Source: Eledone cirrhosa | Taxonomy: Eukaryota | NCBI GenBank assembly: GCA_964016885.1 | Contig: OZ024744.1 | Span: 40,052,001-40,116,000, forward strand | DNA length: 64,000 nt | Reading direction: 5' to 3' | Shown: positions 12,501-24,840 of the stretch, piece after piece | Layout of the letters: the number at the start of each line of letters is the position of its first letter | How positions within the stretch are numbered: position 1 is the first letter of the stretch | Translations under genes and position numbers: made by a program | The notes under the pieces: model-generated | What the model was told of the DNA's origin: nothing | The model's input: only the letters and a program-made list of their open reading frames with translations | Database searches by the model: none

Positions 12501-13772
12501 GGCTCCATAGGCAAGGGCTATAGTGTCGCAGCCTTTCAGCATCATGCGCTCGGTCCACCAGGGTTTCCCCCTCTTGTCCCTCTTGTACGTACTGGCCCTT
12601 GAACCGTTACTGCACAAATTGGAGATGATGAGGGGGTTCCCACGCGAACTGGGATGTGGGAGATCCATGTCAGCTTATGCCGACGACGTCACCGTGGTGG
12701 TCTCGAGCACCAAACACTTCCAGATGCTTGGCACCATTCTCAAGGAATACGAAGCGGTGACAGGAGCAAAGATAAACCAGGAAAAGTTGGTGGGCTTGCA
12801 ACTTGGCACCTGGAGAGGCAAGTCCATGCCGTCCGACAGCATCACGGGGCGCTGGACGGAAGGACCGGTTAAATTGCTTGTGTTCTGGTTTGGTCCAGAC
12901 CTCCAGATGGAGAAAAACTGGAGCAAGGTGATGAGCAGGGTGGCCTCTCTCACCCAGAAATGGGCCGAGAGGAGGCTGTCTCTGAAAGGTCGGGCAGAGG
13001 TGGCAAATGCGTACATAGTGTCTGTCATCTGCTACCACCTGACTGTCGTACTTTGCCCCCACCCATCTCTGATCAGAATGGAGCGCCTTCTCTTCTGCTT
13101 TTTCTGGAAGGGACATGCTCCCATGGTCAGACGATCCATTTGCTGTCAACACCCGTTGTGTGGAGGACTAGGCATGCCGTGGCTGATGATGCGCAAACAT
13201 GTGCTGAGGCTGCGACATCTCCGGTGCTTCCATGTCGGTGAATAGGTGCGGTCACCGTTTGCCAGACGCGCTTTTCCCCAGCTTGTCTCCTTGACGGAGC
13301 TGCAGTCCTGGATCAGGAAAAAACCGAGGGATAGCGCTTGGAAGCTGGAATGTCTCCAGGCGCTCACCGCCCTCTACCAGCTGGGCACTAGTATCGGTGG
13401 AACATCCACCTCAGCATTCTATAGAGGGATAGTGGAGGGAAAGAGCGACGACGTTCTCAGGGAGACCCTGTGTGTCGAAGACGATCCGCTGTTCACTCTC
13501 TTCAAGAGAACCTTCAGACCGGGGCCTATGGACAACTTCCAGAAATCCCTGGCCTGGCAGTGCTACCATGGAGCGTTGCCGGTTCAGGATAAGCTCTACA
13601 GGCATGGAGGTGCTGTCAGCCGAGCCTGTTCGAGATGCATGCAGGGCGACGCAATCGTCCTGCACGCACTCGTTCAGTGGCCATGGGGAAAGAGATTGTG
13701 TGGTGGACAAGGTTGAAAGGGTTGAAGACGGACACTTTCCTCTTCGGACACTTTCCTCTTCGGACACTTTCC
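9522..13772 (+). mobile_element. L1/Tx1-clade LINE with intact 5' end: ORF1 (9724-11758, low-complexity N-terminus, CCHC knuckle) and ORF2 from 11791 (APE endonuclease, partial RT); internally deleted and 3'-truncated
   Basis: Zinc knuckle CYLCGQKGHFRAFC; EN motifs INVRGLG, VAISET, LVGDWN, SYLDRVF, YTDH; RT motifs QGFPLLSLLY and AYADD. Several stops and frameshifts. Confidence 0.92.
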
Positions 13773-14572
13773 TCATCAGTTGTCTACTAGCCATCATAGG
13801 TATTTCTTTGCATTACAGACCATATACCTCAAGCTAGGGCGATACAATAACTAAAATAAGTTATTGGGATAAAAAGAGTTGGGTGGAGAAAGAGAGACAT
13901 GTAAACAAACACGAATGGTGAGGCAATGTAAAGAGAGGAAAAGATGAGAAAATCAAGTCAATAATTCATTTTGAACATAAGAACTTGCGAATATTGACGA
14001 GAAGGCAAAGACACATCCTGGCCGTGCGAATGTGAGCGAGTAAAGAATCTTGTACGGTGTGGGACGTTGGAGGAAGTGAGAGAGAGAGTGAGTAGCAGAG
14101 AGTGAGTGAGTGAAAGTGTGAGGAAGAGGCTAGCCGAGAGAGGGTGACTAGCAGAGGGGGGGGGGGGAGTGAAAGTAAGAGGGAGAAGGAGAGAGAAGGG
14201 GGAGAGAGAAAGAGGATAGCAGTAAGGGAAGAGAAAAAAAAGACAGGTCACAGCGAAGGGGAAAGCATATATGAATAAAAAATGGCGAGCTGTGTTGTTG
14301 CAATTAAGTATAATAAATGAAGAATTAGAAATAGAAGTTAGGAATATCCATCAACAGTTGTTTTCCTCTCTTTACGTTGCCTCACCATTCGTGTTTGTTT
14401 ACATGTCTCGTTTTCTCCACGCAACTCTTTTTATCCCAATAACTTATTTTAGTTATTGTATCGCCCTAGCTGGAGGTATATTGTCTGTAATGCAAAGAAA
14501 TAGCTATGATGGCTAGTAGACCACTGATGACGGATATTCCTGGCTTCTATTTCTAATTCTTCATTTATTATA
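13773..14572. mobile_element. Rearranged repeat with nested inverted segments (probably a non-autonomous Penelope-type element)
   Basis: 13773-13942 is the reverse complement of 14361-14530, and 14309-14360 is the reverse complement of 14521-14572. The Penelope assignment is an inference. Confidence 0.55.
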
Positions 14573-14694
14573 TATATATATTTGTTTCTACTTTTGGCAC
14601 AAGGCCAGCAATTATCCCAGTATATTACTGGTACTTTATTTTATCGACCCCGTAAGGATGAAAGGCAATGTTAACCTCGGCAGGATTTATATAT

Positions 14695-15212
14695 TTAACG
14701 AAGGGTTTAAATAAGAAATAGTTAGATGGATTAACATGGTTATTAGAGCTAATAACAAAGTTGTTAGATGAAATGACAAGTATAAATGATTTAGTTTATA
14801 TATGGTTTACTTCACTTCAATCAAAAAGTACAATAAAACAAGTTACTAAGAGTTGCGAAGGTTGACGTTGTCGTCGTGAGTCTGAGACCATAGTGAGTGA
14901 GAGAGAGTAATGGTTTGTATACCGCTGAATGGTCTGTAGTAGTTCTCGTTGTTAGTCTATTTTCTCTGTATTTCTGTAGACCACTGGTGTCTGTTGATAG
15001 CGGTGAATCTTTATATAGCTTGTTGTATGTCGTAGTGCTCCGATATCTCTGTATAAACATGGGATGGTAAAGGCTTTATATACCTGTCGCTTTCTGTCTC
15101 CCACCTTGAGGAGATAGCCAACGCATCAATCTGTTCACACCAAAAGGGTGGTGACCTAGAATTTGACCTTTAGGTGTCACCCAAGGTTCAAGGTGTGGAC
15201 AGATCTCGCTAC
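14695..15212 (-). mobile_element. Possible solo LTR
   Basis: The minus strand starts TGTAGCGAG, has a TATA-like ggtatataaag, and is ~520 bp, non-coding and inserted in a TA/CA run. No clean CA terminus or TSD. Confidence 0.35.
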
Positions 15213-15316
15213 ACACATATATATGATGCTGATGATAATAATGATGATGATATATGTTAACTGCATTAGAAGTATTAAATGCAAGGTCATGTAATGTGTT
15301 AGATTAGATTACTCTA

Positions 15317-15358
15317 TTCCTTGACATTTCAAGAACATGTTCTTGAAATGTCAAGGAA
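15317..15358. repeat. Perfect 42-bp spacerless palindrome
   Basis: ttccttgacatttcaagaaca|tgttcttgaaatgtcaaggaa, with 21/21 pairs checked. Confidence 0.97.
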
Positions 15359-15699
15359 AAAAGGAAGAAAAAAAAATAATACCATTCTGCTGTTAAAGGA
15401 ATTATTGATTACAACCATTCTGTGAATATATTTCTAATGAAACATGCTCTCAATGGATTTCAATTAATTTAAAAAAAAATAAATTAAGAATTTGGAAAGA
15501 TTTTAAAATAACTAATTCTGTTATTAACTTGGTATTTGGAACATACCGTTGATGGAAGAGTAAAACGAAAAGGGTTAATCATCAGATTGAATGAAGGAAA
15601 CTATTTCCATTGATCTTTCTATGGCTGATACTATCTATTGGTTACAACTCCTGGTAGAATGCTCAGAGCAAGATCAAAGACTGCAAAGCATGCAGTCAG

Positions 15700-16102
15700 A
15701 CTCTTAATATTTTCGTCAATTCTCTTTCTCTGGACTGGTCTTCGATACATCCATTAGTGGTGCCATGATGAAGTTCTTCCTCCAGTTCACCATGTCTAGC
15801 ATTTCTGTCTGAATTTCCCCTGCCTTCAACCCAGTGTCATCTTCAAGAACATCCTTCAGCATTGTAGTTGATCTCCCAACTCGTCTGCACACATCAAGTT
15901 GCCAGAAAAGAACTCTGCCAGCAGGTTCATTATGATGTTTCACATGTCTGGCTAAATCAAGCCTCCTACACCTTATGATGTCAGAAAGACATAGAGTGGT
16001 TTTTTGCTATGTCTGTTCTTCAGGATATGTTCTGGACCTTTCTCAGCGTCTAGGCAAATGTGCTGTTAATCTTCTTTGTGAATGTTTTTGTTAGTGTCCA
16101 TA
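15700..16102 (-). mobile_element. Old LINE 3' fragment (RTE/RTEX-like)
   Basis: HNEPAGRVLFWQ...RRVGR...KDVLEDDTGL..EIQTEMLD..NWR is a typical ORF2 C-terminus. Confidence 0.65.
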
Positions 16103-16489
16103 ACTGGTACTTTTAGTTATCAAACTGAAAAAAACGAAAGTCAAAGTTGACTTCAGTGGGATTTGAACTCAGAGTACAGAGAGCTGAAATAAATACTGAG
16201 GAACTTAATCACTCACCTCTTTCTGATCAAACTGACTGATCAAACCGCCCGCTCATACTGACGTTAAGGTATTGTACTCAAAATAAATAGTATCAAAATC
16301 TCATAGATTTGATATTATGTGAGATAATTATGTGAGATAAAGCCTTTACCATGAAAATACAATATTCCCAGAGAATCCATTTATTATTTTAGAATTTAAT
16401 ACAATATTGGTTGCTGATATATAAAGATTGGAATGTTCCATTTCATTTCATTAAATAACTAATTTACCAATATATCATTCTCTTTTTAG

Positions 16490-16634
16490 ATTGTCCTCGA
16501 CATTATCGTTCACTTCGTATTCTGAGGGAAATAACATCTCATTAAAAAAACCTATTATAATTTTACATGGGTTATTTGGTTCTAAAACAAATTGGAACAG
16601 TTTGTCAAAAATTCTCAGCAAAGCTGGAAGAAAG
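16490..16634 (+). CDS. ABHD11: Internal coding exon of abhydrolase domain-containing protein 11 (oxyanion HG motif)
   Basis: Acceptor tctttttag|a and donor AAG|gtaagt. Encodes PIIILHGLFGSKTNWNSLSKILSKAGRK, which matches the ABHD11/YbfF signature HGLFGSKTN and joins in frame to the 49009 exon. Confidence 0.93.
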
Positions 16635-16924
16635 GTAAGTTCACAGTTTTTCAAATTGTTTATTTTTTTTTTATTATTTATTATTTATGGAAAAAAAAAA
16701 GAAAAGAATGTTTTTAGAATTAGTAAAATTAAACATAAGTATAGTTAAAAGTTTAGTTTAGAATTGTTTAAAGAAAAATATAAAAACAATATTTAAAACA
16801 ACAACAACAAGATTTCGAAAGAAGCATTGATTGGAGTTTTTGAGTTGTTGCACCAACCCATAGCTTGCCTAAAGCAAAACCTGTTAGAAAAGCAATTACA
16901 GAACTGAGAAATTATTCTTTTTAT

Positions 16925-17790
16925 GTATTTCTGTGTCTATGAGTATTTATGTGCATGTGTGTGTGTGTGCCTTTGTGTGTTCCTGTGTGTGTGTGTGTGT
17001 GCGACCATGGGTCTGTGTGTGTGTGTGCGAGCATGTGTCTGTGTATGTGTGTATGTGTGTATGTGTGTATGTGTGTATGTGCGAGCATTTATATGGGTGT
17101 GCGTGTGCAAGCGTGTGTGTGTGTTTGTGTCTGTCTCTGTGTATGTGTTTGTGTGTGTCTGTCTGTCTGTATGTGTGTTTGTCAGTGTCAGTCTGTCTCT
17201 GTGTATGTATGTATGTGTGTGTCTGCATATCTGTATGTGTGTGTGTGTGTTCAAATATGTGTATATGAGAGTATGAATGTGTATGGACATGTGTGTGTAT
17301 TTATGTGTGACTGCGTGTGTGTGTGTGACTATATCCCTGTGTCTATATATGTGTGAGTGTTGTGTACGTGTGTGTATATGTGATGTGTGTGTATATGTGA
17401 TGTCTGTGTACATGTGATGTGTGTGTGTTGGAAAGAGAGGAGATGAGAGAGAGAGAGAGAGGGAGAGAGAAAGAGAGTGTGTGTATGAGACAGTGAGAGA
17501 GAGGAGAGTGTGTATGAGATAGAGAGTGAGCGTGAGAAAGAAAGAGAAAAAGAGAGAGAGAAAGAGAGGGAGTGTATGAGACAGAGTGAGGAGAGAGAGT
17601 GTGTATGAGATAGAGAGTGAGGGTGAGAAAGAAAGAGAAAGAGAGAGAGAGGGAGTGAATGAGACAGAGAGAGAGGGAGAGAGAAAGAGAATGTGTGTAT
17701 GTATATGTGTGTGTCTGTGTGTATGTATGTATGTATGTGTGTATGTATGTGTGTATGTATGTGTATGTGTGTATGTATCTATTTCTATAT
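16925..17790. repeat. Degenerate (TG)n, (GA)n and (TATG)n microsatellite block
   Basis: Directly visible. Confidence 0.95.
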
Positions 17791-17795
17791 TGCAT

Positions 17796-19300
17796 TCAGG
17801 AATTGCGAGCATGGTGTTTACATCTGATATTGAACCTCAGGCAGCATATTTAACATCAGGCGCTTTGCTGCAAAGACAAAAGTATTTACATCAATCATAA
17901 GAGACCTCTTGTATGCAGATGATTGCGATCTTGTAGCGCACACAGAGAGTGATATGCAGCACATTTTGAATGTATTTTCTGATGCTTGCACTGCCCTAGG
18001 ATTGACTGTCAGTCTCAAGAAAACCGTCGTCATGTACCAACCTGCCCCTGGTAAGCAGTAGAGTGAACCAAATATCTATGTGTATGGTAAACGACTTGGA
18101 GTGGTTGATCAGTTTGTCTACCTGGGAAGCACTGTCAATCGATACGGCAACCTTGACAGTGAAATCTCACTTAGGATTAGGAAAGCAAGTGATGTTTTCG
18201 GAAAGCTAGAAAGGCGACTCTGGGGTCGGCGAGACATATGCAGGAGGACAAAGGTAAAGGTGTACAAGGCATGTGTGCTCTCTTCTCTTCTTTATGCCTG
18301 CGAGACCTGGGTCACATATCGACACCACCTTAAGCAATTGGAGCGTTTCCATCAGATGTGTCTCAGACGGATCCATGGCGTTCACTGGAGGGACCACATC
18401 AGTGATGTCGAGATTTTGGAAAGCTCTATGTGTGACAGTATAGAAGCTCTTGTGCTTAAGCAACGACTCCGTTGGAGTGGTCACCTTGCCAGGGTGAAGG
18501 CTTCTAGAATACCAAAAAGAACTCTTTTATGGAGAGTTAGTTAAAGGAAAACGACCGCCACATAAACCAAAAAAGAGGTGTAAGGATTCCTTGAAAGCCT
18601 CTTTGAAAGACGCTAACATCTCTGCTGATACATGGGAAAATATTGCTGCTGATCGTAATAAATGGAGAAAGACTGTATATGAGGGAAAAGTTGCCTTTGA
18701 GGCATCTCGAATCGCATACTAGAAAGTAAAGCGGGATGTGAGGAAGGGCATTGCTGTTGCACTTCCAGACGGTGAAGGTCCTCCTATGGTGCTGACATGC
18801 AGCGTCTGTGCGAGATTCTGCCTAAGCAAAGCTGGACTCGAAAGTCATCTTCGCAGTCATAAAGTAAGACCAGTGGTTGACTACCAGGCTACTGTTGGAG
18901 ATGCTACTCACCATGCTTGCCAAGCATGTGGTAGAGAATGTAAATCAGCAGGAGGGCTCAAGCGACATGCAAAAGTACATGAACTCCAACCACAGCGGAC
19001 TATTCCCAGTGAATGTTTTGGTTGCCAACTTTGTGCAAGACATTTTAGATCATTGGCTGGGCTAAAAAGCCACATTCGATCGCAGCGCTGTTAATTGCTA
19101 TCATGTGTGTGTATAGATATGTTTATGTGTGTGTGCGTGTGTGTGTGTATATATATGTATATTATTATTGTTGTTGTTGTCGTTATTATTATTGTTGTTA
19201 TTATTATTATTATTATTATTGTTATTATTATGGGTTTTTTTTTCTCATGCAATGGCCATACTTGATAACGAGGGGGCAGCCATCATGTATGTGTGTATGT
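17796..19300 (+). mobile_element. 5'-truncated RTE-clade LINE with three C-terminal C2H2 zinc fingers and an (ATGT)n tail
   Basis: LLYADD, FVYLGS, LLYACETW and RLRWSGHLARV motifs. Fingers: CSVC..HLRSH, CQAC..HAKVH, CQLC..HIRSQRC. The 3' end is tggccatacttgataacgagggggcagccatcatgtatg. Confidence 0.9.
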
Positions 19301-21404
19301 ATGTGTGTATGTATGTGTCTATGTGTTTGTTCTCTGTGTCTGTGTGTGTGTATTTCAATAGACTAGTTAAGTAAAATTATTTCCTGATTCTATTTATTGC
19401 TTCATAACTTAATACCATTTCCATTGAAAAGCCACTTCTTATAATAACACACGAAATGGACAACATTGCACAGTTCAAGAAGACACTTAACCTCCATTAC
19501 CTTGCTGGTAAAAATGTTGATGAATGATAAATCTTGAGTGGTAGACATAATTCATTGGATTTGGCTGGTCTGGAAATAAAATAGTTAACCATTTTACTAC
19601 CAAGCTAGCCAGCCAAAACTAGCTTTAGTTCCATGAAACAAAACTGTCCATTTTAAAGATCTTAAATTTATATCTTCCAACATAATTTGATATAAATACA
19701 GTTTAATAGAAAAAGAAAAAAAAGAAGATTTAGATTGAGAAGAAAGAATGGAATGTAAAATAGGATAATATAAAGAAAAAAGAAAAAAAATGAAAAAGGG
19801 AAGTAATGGCAAGGACTCTAGTGTCACAGAAGAATTGGGAGGGGTGGTGGTGGTGGATGATTGGGATTTAGACCTAGGGCGTGGCAGTAAAAAGGCTGTG
19901 CCCTGTAGACAAGACCGCAAAAGCAAACCTTTTTTTAAAGTTATGTTACAAATGTCACCCCTTCACTTACTCACTCCTCTGTGAAATTCTAACACCCACC
20001 ACACTTCTTACACACCCATGACATCATACTTGTCATCCTTCTTGCACACACTCCCTAATAGAGAGCAGGCTCTTCAGTTGAATCAATGACTGACAATCTC
20101 TCTAGTGCTGGTGCCATGAAAATTGTATCCACTGCACTGTAAAGTGGTTGGTAATGGGAAGGGCATCCTGTTGTAGAAACCATGCCAAAAGGAATTGAGA
20201 GGACTCATCATAGCATAATAACTTCTCTACATGATAAATGCACCCAGTACACTGTGTTAAGTGGTTGGTGATAGGAAGAGCATCCAACCATAGAAAACTT
20301 GCTAAACAAAGACATGGGAGACTCTTCAATTGTGTCAAAGACATGACAACCCCCCCCCCTAGTGCTGGTGTCAAAATAAAATGCACTCGGTAGAATGCGA
20401 GAATGAAAGTAAGTGAAATGCAGACCCTTGACCCATCTGAGAAATCAGTACCTCTGCTTGAATACTGACTCAGTTTGTGATGATCTGTACAACTTTTGCT
20501 GGCAGGGGAAACAAAATTCACCATCACCTGCTTCTTGGGTGCCCTTAGCAGAGTCTACATTGTTGCAGGCAGTCAGACCAGGTTCTCAGTTTAAATATAT
20601 ATTCTTCCCTCCTTCCCACCAGTCATGAAGGTTAATAATGAGAAGGTTATTTTACTAAATCCCTCCAAATTATTGGTTATTTTTCAGAATTTTTTGAAAA
20701 CTACAGGTGCTGTTTTTCATTAGAAATATGGTAATAAAAGGGTTAATGTAATTTTCCCTGCTAAAGCAATTTTCAGCTTTATGAGTCTTATGACAAGTTT
20801 CTTACTCATCATGGTGGTATCAACCCTCTTCGTCACCTCTTACAGCATAGAGGGATATGGTGTATCTGTTCTATACACATAGCTCTATCTTACTATGTGT
20901 ACCTTCATGTAGATAGATGAACTGATGGAAAGATGGATGAATGGACAGACAGACAGATGAATGGATGAATCTGTTGACCCATTTAACAGCAACTTAACTG
21001 ATTAAAATCTTTAGCCAAATACACATCCTGACAGGGTTTTGAACTTAGAAACTTGACCTCGAGGATGTGCTTCACACGAGATGCATGTGCTTGCCATGTT
21101 TAGAGCAGTGAGGCCTGGATCAGCAAAGTGATAAATGTCAATCCAAGTGGCAGTAGAGGCCCAGAAAGTCCCAAAAGGACTTGTATGAAGGATTTCTGTC
21201 GGGATCAAGCCAGGCTTGGCCTGGCCTGTGTGAGACTGGCGGACAGAAACACAGGTGTGCTGTCAGGCAGGACCTCCCCCCTCATTAGGGATTAATTGTG
21301 CCCTGCATAATCAAAAACTGGATGATGGTGATGATGATGATGAGCCTTTTCTGTTTCTGCCAACATGCTGTCTTTTGTTTTTATCAGAAATAGGATAATG
21401 ACGA

Positions 21405-21775
21405 TTATCATCATCATTTCATCATTTCATTTTACGTCCGCTTTTTCCCTGCTTGCAGGGGTAGGACGGGAACTGGTTCTGGCTTGATTTCTACAGCTGG
21501 ATGCCCTTCCTAACACCGACCTCATTTACAGTGAGTGCTGGATGCTTTTTTTGCCGTGGCACCTACACGTCCACTTTACAGTGTGGGCTGGGTGCTTTTT
21601 GCCGTGGCACCTGCACGACCACTTTGCAGTGGAATGATATGGACCCCAGTCCCTATCATCTCATTTCTACAGCTGAGTAAACTGGAGCAATGTGAAATAA
21701 AGTGTCTTGCTCAAGGAAACAACACATCACCCAGCATAAGAAATGAACTCACAACCTTTCGATTGCAAGGCCAAT
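21405..21775 (-). mobile_element. tRNA-derived SINE (same family as 1813-2184)
   Basis: Reverse complement of the 1813 element, including the subrepeats and the RTE tail. Confidence 0.82.
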
Positions 21776-22069
21776 GTAATTCACTGAAGAAATTGTAACC
21801 ATTCCAATTTCACAGTTGAAAGTATATTTGGTTTTCAAATGTGTTGCTTTCAGTAATTAATATCTCAGTCAGGCAATAAGATAATTAATTAAACAATCTT
21901 GTATTGTTAGTGAGAAGAAAAAGAAATAAAAATGCAACCATTGCCTGTGTGGGTAGGATTTCATTTCACAACCAGATAATTCCAGTTCAGTTGTGTCTTC
22001 TGCTATAATCTCTTACTGGTCATTGCCCTGTGAAGAAAACTTGGTTAACAGTGACCGTACAGAAGCCTG

Positions 22070-22071
<2 letters not shown>

Positions 22072-22155
<84 letters not shown>
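22072..22155. repeat. Pure (TG)n microsatellite at the 3' end of an R4/Dong-like element
   Basis: Directly visible. Confidence 0.97.
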
Positions 22156-22156
<1 letters not shown>

Positions 22157-24000
22157 GTTCTTCTGGTTTTATAATTTCACAAAGTTTTACCAATAGAGAG
22201 AGAGTCGGTTTCTAACATAAACACAAGACTCTCTCATTGGAATTTACACATCAACTAGGTAGATATGTATGTATGTATGTGTAGATATGGATGTTATTGT
22301 ATGTGTGGATGTGGATGTTTTGAGTTGTATGTGTGCATGTGTTTATGCTTTGTATCTATACATGTATATATGTAGTTATTAGATGCAGAATTTTTGGAAT
22401 GTTATACATATTTTTACTGTTCCATTAATGGATTGTACTTGTAATTTCCTAACTAGTTGTGTTCTTTCTGTTCCTGTGAAGCCTAGCTTCTCAATATTTG
22501 TATTGAGGCAGTTACTAACATATCACAGTGCTCCAATAATCACAGGCATAAATCTGAAGGTGTAATCAGGGTGGAGTATCTGCAGATTTCTCATCAGTTC
22601 TGCATAAATATTCTCCTTTTCGCTAATCTTTGATATTATATTGGCATCTGCTGGGCAGTAACTTCCACTACTGTGCATGCCTTCTTTTCCCTGTCCCATA
22701 TTATTATATCTGGTCTGTTATGCCTGCATTTTAATGGGGTTTTTACTGGAACATTCCACCAGTACACTTTCATATTATGTACATCGATGTCTTCCACATT
22801 GCTGTAGCTTTTAATGTGTTTATTATTGGGGCTATCTTTTCTACGGATTGCATTGTACAGTGTTTTGGCCACTACATCATGCCTCATAGGTAGATAGTAC
22901 CTTGATGACATCTTTGGAGAGCTGCTTATGACATGAGTGACATCTTTGATGTTAATTCTGCAGAGTCTGCACTTGTTGTCACATCTAGGTGTTTTGCCTG
23001 CATCCCTATCTCTTTTGTGAAACAGGTATTTTGAGTTGTTTTCCTGTTCTTGGATTGCAAAAGTGTATCCTTCAAAGTGGGAGCCAATATAGCGGTTGTT
23101 GGTCCAAGATAGACTACTTTCCTTATCTATATTACTCTCACTCTGGAGCTTCCTGATAAGCATGCAGTTTTTCATCTATGGATTCACTGCGATACTGCTG
23201 AGTGACTTCCCTGGGTGTGAATTTTTGATTATCATGCAGAGAATATCTTTCAAAGAATTCCTTCCCAACTCTCATGATCTTCTCTGTCGCATGCAGATAG
23301 ACTTGCTCGAGAGACGGGCTCCTACACTTCGAGGTTCGCAAATGTTGTCGGAGGTATATGATGTGACATTCAAATGCTATATGGACTGATGTTAGGCCTC
23401 TGCCTCCCTGCTTATGTTTCAAGTAGAGGCAGTCTATATCACTGTTGATGTGGAAGTTTCTGATGTTGTTTAGAATTTTTTGAGTTTTAACATCAACTGC
23501 TCGGATTTCGTCTATCATCCAATTGAGTATTCCAAACGTTGGTGTTAGGACAAGCACAGCAAACACATTGTGAGCCACTGTTTTGTTTTGCGCAGAGAGT
23601 TCAAATGTGTAATCATGTGTAATATTCCCTGGTTACATGTTCCTTATTACAGATACCATTATAGGATATGTTTTCATCTATCCCCAGGTATATGTAGCAG
23701 TCCTCATCAGATATCGGTGAAACAGTTAGACCATTGATGACAATGTTGCTAGATTGGGTTGTTATCCTTTGAGAACGTTGTAACCAGGTCAAGATTTTTC
23801 TTCATCCCATCTATGTTCTTGGCATAGAGTTTCAGATCATCCACAAAGAAATTAGGGATTAAGTTCATATTTCAGTCCTTCTGTGAGCCAATGATGTATC
23901 CTTCACATTTCTTGAGCAGAAAGGACAAGGGGTTTAATGACAGGATAAATAGTATCACAGAGAGACTGTCTCCTTGAAATATACTCCTGTGATATTCTAT
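22156..24000 (-). mobile_element. R4/Dong-like RLE non-LTR retrotransposon, 5'-truncated
   Basis: IFQGDSLSVILFILSLNPLS, FVDDLKLY, CRLC...H, RHDVV, WWN and HNRPDIIIWD..K.CTVVEV (PD-(D/E)xK) motifs. Confidence 0.9.
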
Positions 24001-24209
24001 TTTATGTATGTGTGTATGTATGTTTACCCCCCCCCCCACACACACACTCACACACACACACACACATACATATACATATATATATTGCAAGCAGGGAAAA
24101 GCGGATGTAAAATGATGATGATGATGATGATGATATATACAATTCCTGTCCAGACCCATGCTAGCGTGGAAGATGGACGTTAAACGATGATGATGATGAT
24201 GATGATATA

Positions 24210-24530
24210 TACCACGGGTAAAGAGCCCACTTTGGTCACAAATAACCATGGGATTTGCATCTAAAAAGTTCTTCTTCAAGGTACAAGTTTGGGCAAGGTT
24301 GTTTGTGGAAGACCAGCAGTCATGCATGCATACCAGACTTCCCTCTTCCTGTCACCAATGTTTTTCAAGGGAAAGGCAAGGGAAAGGCAACTCATTTTTA
24401 GAGTTGAGTATACTGGAGCCACATGAAAATAAAGTGTCTTGCTCAAGGACCTTAATGCATCACCCCATCCGAGAATCGAACTCACAACCTCACGATTGCA
24501 AGCCCAGTCAGTGTTCTAATCAATAGCCCA
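24210..24530 (-). mobile_element. tRNA-derived SINE with a different 3' tail
   Basis: Minus-strand head gtgagttcgattctc and core cttgagcaagacactttattttcatg are shared with the 1813 SINE. Confidence 0.65.
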
Positions 24531-24540
24531 TATCTATCTA

Positions 24541-24840
24541 GCGAAAATGGCCCGAGTGATTGGGCCTTCTCTGTTTATAAGCCTGTAGGTTGAGGAAGAG
24601 AGCAAAAGGAAGAAAGGAGCACTTGCACAACACGCTCCTTGAGTTGAGGGTTGTTCTATCAACGGGGTATTAAACAACCCATTTGTGGCGCCTCCCCCCT
24701 ATTGGGGATTTCGATTGTTGAAATTGTTTGTTTTTATATTTTTTACACGACTGTATGTAAAATCCCCGGCATGTCTTTGTATTGTCCCTTTTCTTGTTGC
24801 GCCCTTGTGGCTAATAAAGAAATCTATCTATCTATCTATA
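24541..24840 (+). mobile_element. Tx1 subfamily B 3' stub with a (TATC)n tail
   Basis: Near-identical to 25505-25804 and flanked by TATC repeats on both sides. Confidence 0.88.

Noticed and set aside
13755-13785. Minus-strand CTGATGA-gga..tcc-GAAG hammerhead-like motif
   Set aside because: It is created by the junction with Tx1 coding sequence and has no stem I or III.
14523-14560. CTGATGA as a hammerhead core
   Set aside because: No GAAA box follows the putative stem II.
18738-19094. Host C2H2 zinc-finger gene
   Set aside because: It is continuous with RTE ORF2 and followed by the LINE 3' terminus, with no TGEKP linkers.
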